64,000 nt of DNA, taken from contig OZ199838.1 in the NCBI GenBank assembly GCA_964304625.1, forward strand, positions 16,331,731-16,395,730. The letters are read 5' to 3'. Origin of the DNA: Kudoa neothunni. Its lineage: Eukaryota; Animalia; Cnidaria. The translations under genes and the position numbers were made by a program. The stretch's first letter is position 1, and each line of letters starts with the position of its first letter. The notes beneath the pieces were generated by a model. The model had not been told where the DNA came from, ran no database searches, and saw only the letters and a program-made list of their open reading frames with translations. Of the stretch, positions 13,721 to 27,660 are shown piece by piece.

Positions 13721-15872
13721 CAGCTCAGCTTTATAAAAATAAAGAATTTAACGAAGCAACGCTTCGCTAAAGATTTTCTTATTTTTATAAATAAATCAAC
13801 TTAGAAATTCTTTCCTATTTTTCAATATATGCTGTTTTGTATAAAATTGTCAGTTTTATGGTTTTCTATTTAAATTAATAACTAACTTTACAAATCGTTT
13901 TATTATTCATGTTATCTTTGTTTGAATCAATGATCAAATAAAATACTTCTCAAAAATGTCCAAAATCTCAAATTATCTTTATTCTATATTTACAAAATAA
14001 TAACGATATTTTAAGTTATATTCCATATTAAATTTCAGAATATATCGGATTCAAAGATAATTAAGTTTTCAATTAAAATGTAAATAAAATTAATATTTGC
14101 TTTTTACGTAATATTATTGGTGTGCAAGAGAATGGACATAAATTAAATTATCTCCATAAAATATTTTAATAATTATTAGAAGGAAATAAACGCTTCTAAT
14201 TATGTCCAAATATATTTAATTATAATATTTAATGCGAGACAATTATTAAATAAGTTATAAATATACTTTAAGCGGTCAAATTTGAAAATTATCGTCAATA
14301 AAGTTGGAAAAATAACTATAAGATTTATTAACAAATAAACAGATGAAAATAACTAATTTACGCATACAAAGAACATCTATTAATTATAATTAATACTTTT
14401 GATAAATAATTTCATAAAATGTCTAAAATCTAGTCTATGTATTTATTAAAATTTAATACAATGGATAATTATAATCATAAAATGAAGTTATTTATCATAA
14501 ATAATTAAATTTTAGAAGAAAACGTAATTCTAGGTATTTAATTCGTATTTGTTTGTTATTAGTATCGAAATAACGTAGTAATATTATTATTACTTTTTAT
14601 TTTGTATGTCTCAATAGTTATCGAATGAGGCGATTTTGAAATATTTTCATTATTATATTGTTGATTAAATGTATTTAGAATATTTTTAAGAAATTCTGCC
14701 CTTTTTACTAAATTCATATATTCGACTTCTTAATTATTAATCTCAAAACTTTTGGTTATAAAAACTGTTAAAATTTTTTCTACCATTGTCGAACAAAAAT
14801 TCGAATTTAATAATATATATATATATATATATATTTGTCAGAATGTTAAATATCACCAAATAATTTGGAATCTGATAATTATTTAAGTATAATACTCAAA
14901 TATATTCGAATTGGATAAAGAGGCTTAACAAAAAATTTTTAATAATTAGAAACGATATAATTTTGAACGATAAAGACATAAAAAATATGTAACTAATATA
15001 AGGATTGATTTTATGGGTTTTGGAAAGGGGAAATTTTTCTACTTGCCATTATTTGAATAAAAAAATCGATACTACTCGGTATCGCGTAACTTTTATATTA
15101 ATAAATTATTTCATTAATTTTTAATTTAATTCCCCATAGAATAATATCGTACATAAATAAAATATGTCTCCTTAGTGCAGAGAATAACTTAAACTTAAAC
15201 TACTTCAAATGTGTGATTGAACAAGGCTCCACATTTTTTAAGTTCTACGTATAAATATATTTTAATATTCTATTTTTTGAGTTAAGATTAAAAAATTGTG
15301 AAACTCCAATCCAACACAATTCGTCATCTGTGATTTTTCACTAATTTATTATATTTTAGTTCAAAGAATTAATCACTTTTTCCCAAGAATAACTACTCCC
15401 AACTCTTGGGAGTCAGAGCAACCCCAATTGGGAGAACTAGTGTAAATCGGCTAATACCTCTAAATATTAATAAATGTTGTTAAATATATGCATGAATAAA
15501 TAATACACAACCTTAAAGCTACGTTGATTATGTTGGAAAATGAAATCGTGTAATTTTAATTATTAACCATTTTCTCATTTATTGAATTCATTAATAACTT
15601 CAATTTCTGATATATTTAATATTAATATTGAAAAATATTATTGCAGTGAATAAACGTATGATAGAAAGAGATTAATTTGGTTATTTAATACTAGCTGAAT
15701 TAAATTATTCGGGTGGGGCAAATAAACATAGGGCTGATTAGATCAAACTAGTTTAAGTTTACTGTATATTTGGTTAAATAGTGAGTTAGTACCGACCCAT
15801 CAAATTTTATAAATAATTTAATTTAGATAATTATATTTTTATATAAATATGGGGAAATATTTTTCAAACCGA

Positions 15873-17854
15873 ATGATTGATTATTGGATATATTTGGCCT
15901 TATTTTCCTATCAAAATAACTGGTTGGAAGGAACAGAAATTGAAAAAGTATGCGCATTAACTGAGTTGATAATATAAATCAATTATATCTCTACATAGAG
16001 AATACTATTATACGTAGAAGATGGAGGATTTGAAGTGTTAGCGTTTAATTGTAGACCACAATCTAATCACTTCTTCGGTGTGGAATGTAATAATGAAAAA
16101 CCCTATAGATGTCCTGGTATCAATTTAAACATATTATGACTTTAATCTTATTTTAGATCCCACAAATTTACAAAACACTAGTGTTATCTTTGAAAATGAC
16201 TGTTTAGAGCTTTATAGTAGCACAAAAAATCTCGCCAACCTTAGTGTTACCGTGGCAGTACCTGACAAATCACTGGAAGCCAGGCAATTGTCAATTATAT
16301 TAATCATAGATTTCAAGTTTTGTGTTTTTAGCATGCAAATCAAACAATACGATAATTGGCCCGAATTCGAAAACCAAATTCGTCACCTAAATTTTGATAA
16401 TAAATATCTGGAAATATCATATTCTAAACTTACTGCATCCGCGAAAACATTTTATCATTATGTGGCTGCAAACGAAGAAACAATCACCAGATTCACGGTA
16501 TACATGATATATAAATTAATATAATTAACTTGGGTTTATTTTTGTAGGAGACGGGGCCTTCACACGAAATACTGGTAATAATATTTATAAAATCTTCATT
16601 TTATGCATAAAAATATAGATTTTAATTTATATGGCGTTAATATCACCTCTTAATCAACAATTTTTTCAATTAGAGATACAGTGACTTTGGTTATATATCC
16701 TTGAGCAGTCATCTATTCTCCATTGGATATCTTACAGAAAGTACTCAAGAAAATAATGGTGTAATTACTTATATGGTAAAATCAAAAAAATATCCATTTT
16801 ATTGTAAATATATGCCATTCATGGGATACTACAATATTCTACAAAAAATAGTCTACAAACAAATAACAGTAATTAAATTTTGCGAGAAATTTTTATATAT
16901 TTTGATGTCGATTAGCTAGGAAATTTTGATTATAATTCGGAGAATGATGAAGTTTCATTGAGTTTCGCTTGTTCAATAATGAACATTTCTATAACTGTAT
17001 TCACTGAGGAATACAAGATTTGGTTTTCATATATGGAAGGTGACCTTAGTAAATTCTTCAAACCGCTCAAAATTGTCGAAGCTTATAATTTCACTGCTTG
17101 TGTGGAATTAATAAACCAAGCGGTATTGACTTTAAACAAAACCCATCCTTGGAAAAGTGTAACAATGGAATTGATTTCAAGCGAATTCCCAAAGAAAAAC
17201 GGAACCAGATATTTTTATGTACCGAAAATAAACATTAATAACTATTTTATTTAAGTATTGAAAAATAATTTATATATTTAGGTATATAGTAGTGTTCGCA
17301 ACTTTGTAGAGATGGATACCTTCTACTCTTTCCAGACCATTCAGTCGTTAATAAACCATACAAATTATAAATCAGCATTAGGAATAAAAGCATGTTTGAT
17401 TGTCCACGTTGTTTTTATATGTTACTTTAGGATGTTGTGAACCGAATGTATTATTATGCTCTTATCAACTACATTAATAAGAATACACTGACGGATTACA
17501 ACTATAAACTATATAAATTCCGTGTATGTGAATGTTGTTAAATATTAACGTCTAAAAGATAAATCTAGTCACACGTTTCCTTCTGGGAGTCAGAATTTAT
17601 AAGTGACATCATAAGCTTAAAACTTATAAAAGGTACTTTATATATTTTTGTTTATTCGATTTAATCATGAATTATAAATGATCTATAATCATGAAGAAAA
17701 TAAAATAGATGGCGATAACTCAGAGTTGACTCTTGAAGGCAAGAAAAAAAATTCAAAGAGTTTTTTAGGACTCGTGGTGGTTGTTCCAGTTATGTTATTG
17801 TTGATTCTAATATCCACTGGAACATTTTTCTATATATTGGTAGTCAAGAGATAA
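15873..17854 (+). CDS. Orphan type-I membrane glycoprotein, paralog C (two candidate GC-AG introns)
   Basis: MIDYWIYLALF start with TATATAAA ~30 nt upstream; FFGVEC, ENDCLE, VAVPDKSLE, HPW, FPKKNGTRYF, RMYYYA, WESEF; TM LGLVVVVPVMLLLILISTGTFFYILVV followed by KR*. Confidence 0.85.
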
Positions 17855-17971
17855 GCTTATTTCAATAAATATAATAAACAATATAAAATGCGACCAATGA
17901 ATTTTATTTTATAATTTCTCATAATTTTTCCTATTATCTTTCATCTATATACGTATATATGTGTATATATA

Positions 17972-19076
17972 CAGTGGATGAGGGGTGGATCGTAATTTCA
18001 AACAATCTTTTACTATTTACTTGGTAAAATATTTTAATTTGTGCAATTTTAATTAAAACTTTTGGCATATCTATTAAGTAATAATTGAGAGAACTAAAAA
18101 ACAGTTCATAATTATAGGAGAAAAAAACGTCTACACCGGAGTAATCTACTTTTTAAATAAACGGTAATTAATGTTTGTATAATATACATACATTAATACG
18201 TTCAAATATAGTACAAATTTATATAAAAACTTTAGTTAATCATTCAGTTTCTATATAAGGAAAATGTATTAATAAATAACCTATAAATATATTTGTTTTA
18301 GGTATTGTATTGGTATATATGCTACATTGTATATGTTGTACGGTGATGGGTGCCACTTTTACCCAGGAATATAATTAAATAGTTCTTCCGGTTTTTGGAT
18401 AATCGAACATTTATTTGCACATAATGTCAATTAAATCCAAATAAAATTTAGAGTTTCTTCTGGTTAGCAAGATTTCCGGATAATCAAGATTCGACTGTAT
18501 AATGTTGAATTATTATAAAATTTATTACTCAGATATAGTAATATTTTTGTGTCTTCTAACAATTATATTGTATACTTCTTGATCAATATCCGTTTGATTA
18601 TTATAACTATTTCGAATAATGTCTTATATCAGACAAATGAGAGAGGCAATTTAGAATTGAATAATTTTTCGTGCATTATAGTCATATTTATGAAACTTGT
18701 CATCTTTGTGACAGTTACCATCACTTAAAAAATCACTAAAATTGGCGTCGTTTTCAATATTGTTTCCGCCCCATATCTTCGCTAGTATTTGAATAACTTT
18801 ATTATTTCATCTTTCTTTTTAAATGTCCTATCTCAATTTTTATTTCTGTCTCCCACTTCGCCATCAATCTAAAACGAAAATCTCAACAACTATTAAAATA
18901 TATGAACTACGCGTCATTACAAAATAATCCATAAAAAAAAACATAATCAATTAAATTAAAAATACTTTATTTATATTCTTAACGGTCAAATAAATGTTTT
19001 TAAATAACTTATTATAATCTTATATGTGTGTTTATTTTGTAACATTTTCTCAAATTACGAACCCACTTCTTTACTG
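17972..19076. mobile_element. Degenerate TA-flanked TIR element related to 36241-37473
   Basis: Ends CAGTGGATGAGGGGTGGATCGTAATTT ... AAATTACGAACCCACTTCTTTACTG form imperfect inverted repeats resembling those of 36241-37473. Confidence 0.55.
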
Positions 19077-20316
19077 TTTACAATAGCGCTGGGTTATTAT
19101 GCACTCGAACTTCTCTCCTAACAAGTGTGTAGTATCTCTGCACAACTGTATATGTATATATACGTATATAAAATATGAAGTGCACTTTATATATTCTCTC
19201 GTGTTCATCTATTCTCGCTATTCAAAAATCATATCTCAATTTCGGCGCGAAACACGAATTAAATCTATTCTAGTTATAAATTATTATATCAAACTAGTAA
19301 CGAACCTATTTTTTAGATTTCGTATATCGTATAGGAAGGTAAATTTTTTGAGATATTTCGAAATAATCGCACTGGAAATTTTATATTGTTAATTAATAAA
19401 TCCTTAAAAACGGTAAAATTTAAGTTATGTTACCGACATTAATAAAATTTTATTATTTAAAGTTTTTCTCGTTTTCAACGTAATCAAGGCAAAATATGGT
19501 GTAAATATTATTACAACAAGTATTTTTTTAATAGGTAAAATTGTAAGAAATATTCACAATGAATTAATTTACAAATATTCAATAAAATATTTATATGGAC
19601 TCTATAATAAAAAGTATATTATTCATATGGATAATGAGGTTATATTTAATATTTGTCTCGATTTACTTAAGAAATCCCACACTTAAAGGAACAGATACTC
19701 CCATCTCTTGGGAGTGAAAGCACTCCCAGTCCTAAGGTGTTGTTCCAAAACGACTTATGGTTATATTGTTGGGTATTTTTAAAGTTTCATAATTTTTCAG
19801 TAAATATAAGTAAAATAATAGATTAATTTGTTCGATAGATTTTCATAATAACGCTTTTATTATCGTTTAGTAGATTGTATTAAACTGATTTATATTGAAT
19901 ATTATAGATTTTAAATATTATATAGATGATCGAATAATAAAAGTATTAAATATCAAATATTTATTATATTATGTTTTAATAAATTGTCTTCAGTTGATTT
20001 ATATTGAATAATATATACGTTTAATAATATTTTAATGATTGTGTAATAAAAACTTTAAAACTGAAATTATTATTATCTCGTTAATAAAAAAGTGAAAGAA
20101 ATTAGATATATTTTGTTAATGCAGAACGATTTTATTATTATGTATTATTAATTATTTAGGTGTATTTAAAAAATTAATACGAATAAGATTAAAATATTTT
20201 GATTAGTTATTACGAGGCTATTAGTTTCTCATCCTACTTTCTAGACAGTATATAAATTACATCTGATGTGTATCTTTAAAACTTAAAAGTTAACTAGTAA
20301 ATATTGTTTCCATAGA

Positions 20317-22287
20317 ATGATTGTTCATTGGATATTATCAATTTTGCTTGTATATTATCCTAATTCACATGAAGGACAACAAGCTACCAAAGTTTTAATA
20401 ATAATTAATTAGATTAGATAACTCAATTTTATCTATAGGAGATATTACTAAGTGTGATAGCTGGTGAACTAAGTGCTGAATTATATTCGTGTGAAGAAAA
20501 TAGTATTAAATTTTTTGGTGTTCACTGTCACAGAGAAGATTTATACAAATGTCCTAGTATTCTATTATCTGATTGTTATGTGCTCTATAATATTGTAATA
20601 AGAGTTGGAAAGTCAGGAAAACACTAAAATAGCTTTCGAAAATAATTGTCTCGAGAATGTTATGCAAAGTACCAATCTCGCAAGAGCCAACGTGCATGTG
20701 GTAGTACATAAGGGACCATATTATTCTGTGTAATGGATTATATTTTAACATGGAAGAAAAAATAAATCTTTAATTTCTTTACCGAGCAGTTATCAGGAAG
20801 GCGAGCAAAACATAGAAACCAAACCTCGTAACTTGTCGATTGCTGATGCAAATTTGATAATATCTTATTCTCAAATCACTGCATCGGAAATAACTTTTTA
20901 TAGCTATTTGGTGTCAAACGAAGAAAGAATTCAAATTTTTACAGTAAAATATCGACTGAATTTTATAAAATACTATTATTGATATATTTAGGAAGGTGGG
21001 TTCAGTGAAGATATATTGGTAATTCGACCACATATCAATGAAACAATAATTTCTCATTTTACTAAAATAAATATTGATTTATTTTATTATTATCATCTTT
21101 AAAATAAATATTAAAAATAATATAAATTAGGGATATGACGACTACGGATACATATCCTTGAGTGAACGAATGTTTTCTATTGGATATTATGCAAATGCCA
21201 AAAATAACAATACCGCTGCTTGCGGTTCAGATTCAAACAAATATAAATTTTATTCGAAAGAATTACTATATATGGGATATAATGAGATCTTTCCTAAATT
21301 AATATTTAAGCAAATATTGGTAATTGGAGAGACAATCATCTATGATAATATTTTATTTTTAATAGCTTGAAAATTTTGAGTATGACGAGTCGAACAAGGA
21401 GGTTTCATTAAAATTTCCTTGTTATACCGAAAATAAAATTATTACTGTTTTTACGGAAAAATATAAAGCTTGGTTTTCAAACATTTCTGGAGACATTGAC
21501 AGATTTTTCAAACCAATCAATATTATAGAAGCCTATAATTTTGTTTCTTGCTTCAATTTAACATACCAAACAGTATTAATTTATAATGAAAGTCATCCTT
21601 GGAAAGAAGTCACACAGGAATTTATTTCGATTGAATTTCCAAAGAAAAATGGAACCAGATACTTCCGTGTAACAACATAGTCATATTATTAAATCATGAT
21701 AATTATATAATTTTAGGTTTATGGAAATTTTCCTACGTTGATTGAAAACAATGCTTACGCGTTATTCGAAAAAATACAAACATTACTGAATGAGACAAAC
21801 TCTAGGTCGTTACTTATGGAAGTATATCTAGTGGACTTAAAAAAAATAATATATAAACTAGGATATATTATACAAAATGTATTATTATGCTCTTCTTTCC
21901 CATATCAATACAAAAATTTTTACTGACGATAATAAAATACTCTACAAATTTCACGTAAAAACCATCCATATATTAATAATAAAATTTTTTTTAGTCATAT
22001 CATATCGGTTGGAAACCGGAGTTTCTTAGTAATCTAACGAGGTCTGAATTTATTGGAGGTAAATTTTAAAGTCGATGTTTACACATGATGTTGGAAATCA
22101 ATTATAATATATAAATCTAGGCATAAATACTAATAATGGTAATGATACTGGCGTTTCCCAAAGTAAGGAGGCAAAATCCGATTCCATCATTACTATTGTG
22201 ATACCCATAATATTGCTTATAATTGCAGTGGTTGTTGGAGTGGGCTTCTTTATATTAGTCAAGAATCAGAGGAAAGCTACAAGCTAA
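20317..22287 (+). CDS. Orphan type-I membrane glycoprotein, paralog D
   Basis: MIVHWILSILLVY start; FFGVHC, ENNCLE, HPW, FPKKNGTRYF, KMYYYA, WKPEF; TM IITIVIPIILLIIAVVVGVGFFILV followed by KNQRKATS*. Same intron positions as A-C. Confidence 0.85.
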
Positions 22288-23149
22288 TATTTCAATTCGA
22301 ACTACTTTATTTTAATTAATAACTTTTACTTTAACTTTAATTAGTTCGAAATCATCTCTAATTTATTCTTCCATGCATATATTTCAGAAGTTTTTCTGGC
22401 GACCGTGGTTATTCGTATGATATGAAATATTCGAAATAATAATATATTATCTATATATCGATCCATTTAAATATATAAATATTTTTTAAATCTCTAAATA
22501 TGATAATTTATCAAAAATTATCGAAATAATCAGTGATTTTAATAGTTAATTATTTGATTTTTCTCACTGCTCTAACCATGGTAGTTTTGTGAGGAATTAA
22601 TTCCCTTCAAAAATAAAGTTGAAAATTTTGGTTGTAATATTACCCGGTTGTTACAACAGATATGGTTCAATTAAATCGGTCACATTATTTTATTTCTGAG
22701 TTTTCTTTAAACGTATGTTTCGAATCTAATTCAAGCTTTAAGTATCCTTTAGTTAATTGCTAAGGTTATTTTCTAATTCTTAAAGTGCATTTATAATTAA
22801 TGATTAATTTCAAAATATGTTTCTTTTGCGTGGATTTTAAACTTATTATCGTAAAAAGATTTAATCACAGTATTTCACGATCAAGATACATTCATGTTAA
22901 ATAAAATTTTGAAAAAATCATTTTAATTAAATAATCAACAAGAAATACCCCAGAAAAAATGCGTGAAATCGGTTAATTGCCAGATTTTTGGTTACATTAT
23001 TTAGCTACTATTTAAGTCAATATTTAATGCCAAAAAGTACAATATTACTCATTATTATGAACGTCTTCAATCTAATGACCCAAAAACTGCCACTTTATCA
23101 CGTTTTGAAATATCTATTATCTACTAATGACATCCTAGAGATGAAAAAT

Positions 23150-23550
23150 AAAATAATCAAATCTTTAAATGTTTTTAGAATCTAAAAATAGAAATTATTT
23201 TCATGCAGGACAATTTCATTCTGTTGATGAAGATGTATATAAGTGAATTGGGTGGATACGAAGAAAAAAGATTGTAGTTAACGTCGTAACGGTAAACACC
23301 ACGAGAAATTAATTAGCAAAAGAAAAAGATTTACCTACATGTACAATTTTAAAATTCTTGAAGGGATTCTTTAGTTTAAAAAAGGTCCAACATTAAAAAA
23401 TCAAATTTTATTAACTAATCTGTTGATACTGCGTCTGAAACTACTTCAGAGTTGATCAATCAAATCAGAACATTTTTTAAAAGTCACTCTGAAAATTTTA
23501 TTTACGATGTAGACGAATTCGCCTTATTCTTTATTCTACCAATAGCAACA
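23150..23550 (+). pseudogene. pogo/Tigger transposase remnant
   Basis: Fragments GQFHSVDEDVYK*I.WIRRK (CENP-B-type HTH-like) and NFIYDVDEFALFFILP (resembles IYNADETGLF) with stops. Confidence 0.55.
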
Positions 23551-24254
23551 AGGGAAATATTTCATAGATTGTTGAAAAGTATTTTTGTGTTTTTAACATG
23601 TTTATCGAGCTTAATTAATTTTATAAATTAATATATAATTAACTGGTCTTTTTAAACTCAACTTAATCATTAAATATTAAATGTCAATTTATTCTGAAAT
23701 AATTTCGCACGCACATTCGTGAAATTGGACGTGATAGATTTCTCGCAGTTTTTTTCTTGGTCCCGTGGAGATTCCGTGAAGTTGGTTCCTTATTGTAACA
23801 CCAAGACAACATTTCTCTTATATAAACAAATAAATAAACAACTTTGTAACGAATATTATGGATTTTTAAACGTTAATTTTACGCGATTTTATTATCTGAT
23901 TTGATTTGACTTGATTAATGTTTTGCCCATGCATGATTATCATATGTAAATGTGAATGAGGTAAGATCTAATACATTCTTTAAAAAAAAAAGAACGTCAT
24001 AAATTTTCGAAAAAACTGGTACACGCGATTCAATTTGCAACAAAAACAATCTACAATTAACTAAATAGTAGAAAACATATGAGCACGCGATACTAATACA
24101 TAAAGTAGGTTCGACGCAATAAGAACCATATCCTTACTTTCCATTACGATCGTTGCGTTTACAAAAATCTCATTTATTACTATATCTGAAAAGGGACAAA
24201 ATCTATGTAATTTGTACAATTTTTAGATATCCCAAGATTTTAAACTATAATTAT

Positions 24255-25375
24255 ATACAATATAAATATATTCAAAGGAGGACTGTCGGTATGTTTGTGT
24301 CAGTACGTGTGCCCCTATGTATGTATGCGCGAATAATTTTTTCCCTATAGAGATACAGAGTCGTATCTAAAATTTTTATAAATTTGTGATATTTAAAAAA
24401 ATTGTTTAATTGTTTTTGGACTACTAAAGTTTCCAAAAAATATTTATGAAATAGTGATTTTGTCGATTTAAAGTTGTTTATCGGATTACATGAGTTCAAC
24501 TATAGATTTAGCGTTTGCTTATGTCATTGAGATAATAGGTTGAAGTTAACTATCTACCTTATACACTCTATCATATGTTAATTGAACGATGTCATCTATC
24601 TTTACGTATAAGGTTTGTGCGTTTATTTTATTGTTTGCTTAAATAAATTCCTTACATGGGGAGTTTTAATGTAATTGACTTGACAAACACATTTTGAAGA
24701 CTCTATTAGTGGATTTATATACGAAAAAATGTTAATATTTGAATTATTCTTGAGTTGGTTATGCGTGTTATAATCAGATAGATTGAAGCACTATAACGCA
24801 AGTACCGTGTTCGTAGATTTCATTGAAACCGTCCGTTATGTTGAACTTACAGTGATTCAATTCAGTGCAGATGGTTAGTTCATCCGTTTATTTATATTAT
24901 TTGTTAGAAAATGTGTATTAAAGTTTTTGAGGACCAAAGGATATTAATTTTAGTAATATCAATTAATTTTCATACGTTTTCTTCTATTTCTATTACTTTC
25001 TCCATTTTTTTATCTCAAAAAGTTGGTGGTACACACAATTATTGAGCGGGACAAGAATTTGACTTTTAGAAATCCCCTGGGCCAAAAAATAACGTTTTAG
25101 ATAACACTTTAATGGGATTTAAATAATTCGGGGATGAAAAAAATACGATGCTGACCTTGGCTCATTTAGCGTTGGTGCCGAGCCACGAAATTTTAAATGA
25201 ACGCCAAAACATAATTTAAATTTCATAATCCAAATCGTTAAAGTATATTGCTTAAAAATTTTTAGTCATTTTGCATCTGTGGGTTAATTTTAGGATTTAA
25301 TATATTTTTCGAATATTGTGAAGTAACGTATCTATGCGAAATCTTCCCCAAGCAACGCTGGGCAGTTCCCGCTAG
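24255..25375 (+). mobile_element. Non-autonomous Helitron-like element
   Basis: 3' terminus is hairpin CCCAAGCAACGCTGGG, ~9 nt, CTAG, then T. 5' region has the TATA..GTGTG-rich tract shared with the 35440 copy. Start coordinate approximate. Confidence 0.7.
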
Positions 25376-25703
25376 TTAATTGATAAAATAAAATCAATAA
25401 TAAAAAGTAGGAAATAATAAGTTACGATAACTCTTCCATGGTAGAATTATTATTATTATTAATATTAAAAATAATATTTACAAAAGCCTAAGAAAAGAAT
25501 GTTACATTGATACTTACTAGAAATTATGATTTTTTTAATTTCTTGTTATTTTAATCATAATTTGGGATTGTAATATTCCGTAATAAATTTTAAGAAAATT
25601 ATCTCCGTAAATTGATTTTATTTATCACAAAAAATTTAATGTAACCTGAAATATTATAGATAGAATTAATTTTTATTAGTTTGATTATATTCAAATTTAT
25701 AAC

Positions 25704-27660
25704 TAGGGTTGGCGATTTTCGACGTTTATCTTTTTACAAGTCGATGATTTTAATCGATCGAAATAAATAAAAATTTAAAATTAAAGTTTTTTAGTGAAAA
25801 ACAAATTAAATCGACTAAAATAGTGACTAATAAGTAATATTGTAGTTGAGATTTACTGTGAGGGACCATTAAAATTTAACACTGATAACATTGTGAGGCG
25901 TTTATCTGAAAGATTAATCCTTTCTTTGCCAAATACATGCCTTAATTTTGAAAAGCTCCTTTCGATGTTGATGGATGATGACACAGGAATAACCAATAAA
26001 TCCTCAGAAATTTGTGATAAAATTTGTAATATGTTTGATTTATTTCTCTAAAAATCATTGTTGATGGGTAGGTCTGATTCTTTCAAAATTTTGCAGAGGA
26101 GATCATATTCTTATTGAATTTCAGACTTTTCATTGATCTCTAATAAATAAGACCAGAAATCTCAACATTTTAGGTTGTAATTTTATTTTTTGGATCAATT
26201 TCTTTAATCGTTTGGAAAAATGTAGTCGATGGCAAACAATCGTTAACATCATTTGGTAATGACTGATGAATCTCATAAAATTTAGAACAGAAACTTTCAG
26301 TTTTAATCGTTAATTGGCTCCTAGATTCAAATGGAATAAGTCCAAGAATATCTTTGTAAACTATTATTAAATGTTGGGGCGTTAATACCAGTCATCTTTT
26401 ATCCAATCAGCAATACTTGAAATGCAGCAGTTATCTTCAGTTTCGATGAATCTAGAGAATTCAAACAATGGCGTTAGTTCATCTGTTAGAATATTAAATT
26501 AACAATAAAATATATTGTAACTAACTGAATAAATTTCAATTATTGAGTTTAATTTTTTTCCTGTTTCATCATTTTTATTTTCTTTAAAATCATTGACTGC
26601 AGGATAATATTCTTTTATGTGTTTTAGACAGTTAATGAACCTATACCATCATATGTCCAAAACACGAGGAATTTCCTTCGTTATTTTGAAGCTATTATTA
26701 AGGTGAACCCAAAAATTCCTTGTATAATTCCTACCTTTCGATAAAATGGTGGAAAAACTTTTAATATCAAAAAAGTATTCATTCGTAACTTTTTGAACTG
26801 TCAAATGAATAATGCGTGAATAATATGTAATTCCGATGATAGTTGGATATATGGTTCTTAAATCCTTAGAATACTTTTTCATGTATTGTGTTGAGTCAGA
26901 AACATTCACAATGCATTTATCCCATTTTAAGTTGTGCCGATTTAGTGATTTAGAACACTGGGTATGTGATCAGCTATGGTTACGAATTTGCATCGAACAA
27001 GCCTCGAAGAATCGAGCAGTATAGTTCTCCATTTACCGGTAGCACAATCATGAAAAGAAGCTAATGTATTAAAAATCGGCCTTTTTTCGAATCAGGGGAC
27101 TCATCAATTATTAAACTAAATCGTACATCCCTCATCACTGATTTAATGTTATCGACACCTTGAAATACAACCGAAAGATGTTTACCAACTGTTTACCAAT
27201 CAATATTTTCCCATCTGGCAAGGATCTCGACGCTTAGCAGTACATAGAATGTAACCCCCTCAAGTTACTCTTTTTATTAATTTCATCAAATGTAAGACTG
27301 TCAAAAATTATAATCTTCACCAAATCCATTTCAATATCATTCGATTTTGATCTATCGAGATTTAGAATATTCTTAAGGGTATTGTTTTGGAAACATTTGA
27401 CTGTATTGACAAATATTTCTTTTAACTGATATTTTCTTGAATTTTATTTTGTTTAAGTGGCAACAGAACCTTGCAATATTAACAAGACAAGGAATCGCCA
27501 ACAGCATCTAAATCAAGCCACTCCACTAAATAATTAGTAATATCATATCGCTTCCCACCCATCTTAGTTCGATTTTAAGGTGCCAAAATCGATTTTTACC
27601 AATCAAAAAAATGTCGAACGATTTTATAAAATTAGAAGGTTTTAATCGATTAAAACCTTA
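25704..27660 (-). mobile_element. Decayed hAT transposon
   Basis: TAGGG.. left end and ..ACCTTA right end, flanked by 8-mers TTTATAAC / GATATAAC (degraded TSD). Minus strand reads LLVIPVSSSINIERSFSKLRHV, the hAT C-terminal dimerisation motif; many stops. Confidence 0.85.

Noticed and set aside
19100-19260. Possible solo LTR with primer-binding site (TTCGGCGCGAAAC); also TGGCGACC near 22397
   Set aside because: No TG..CA boundaries, second LTR or gag/pol fragments seen.
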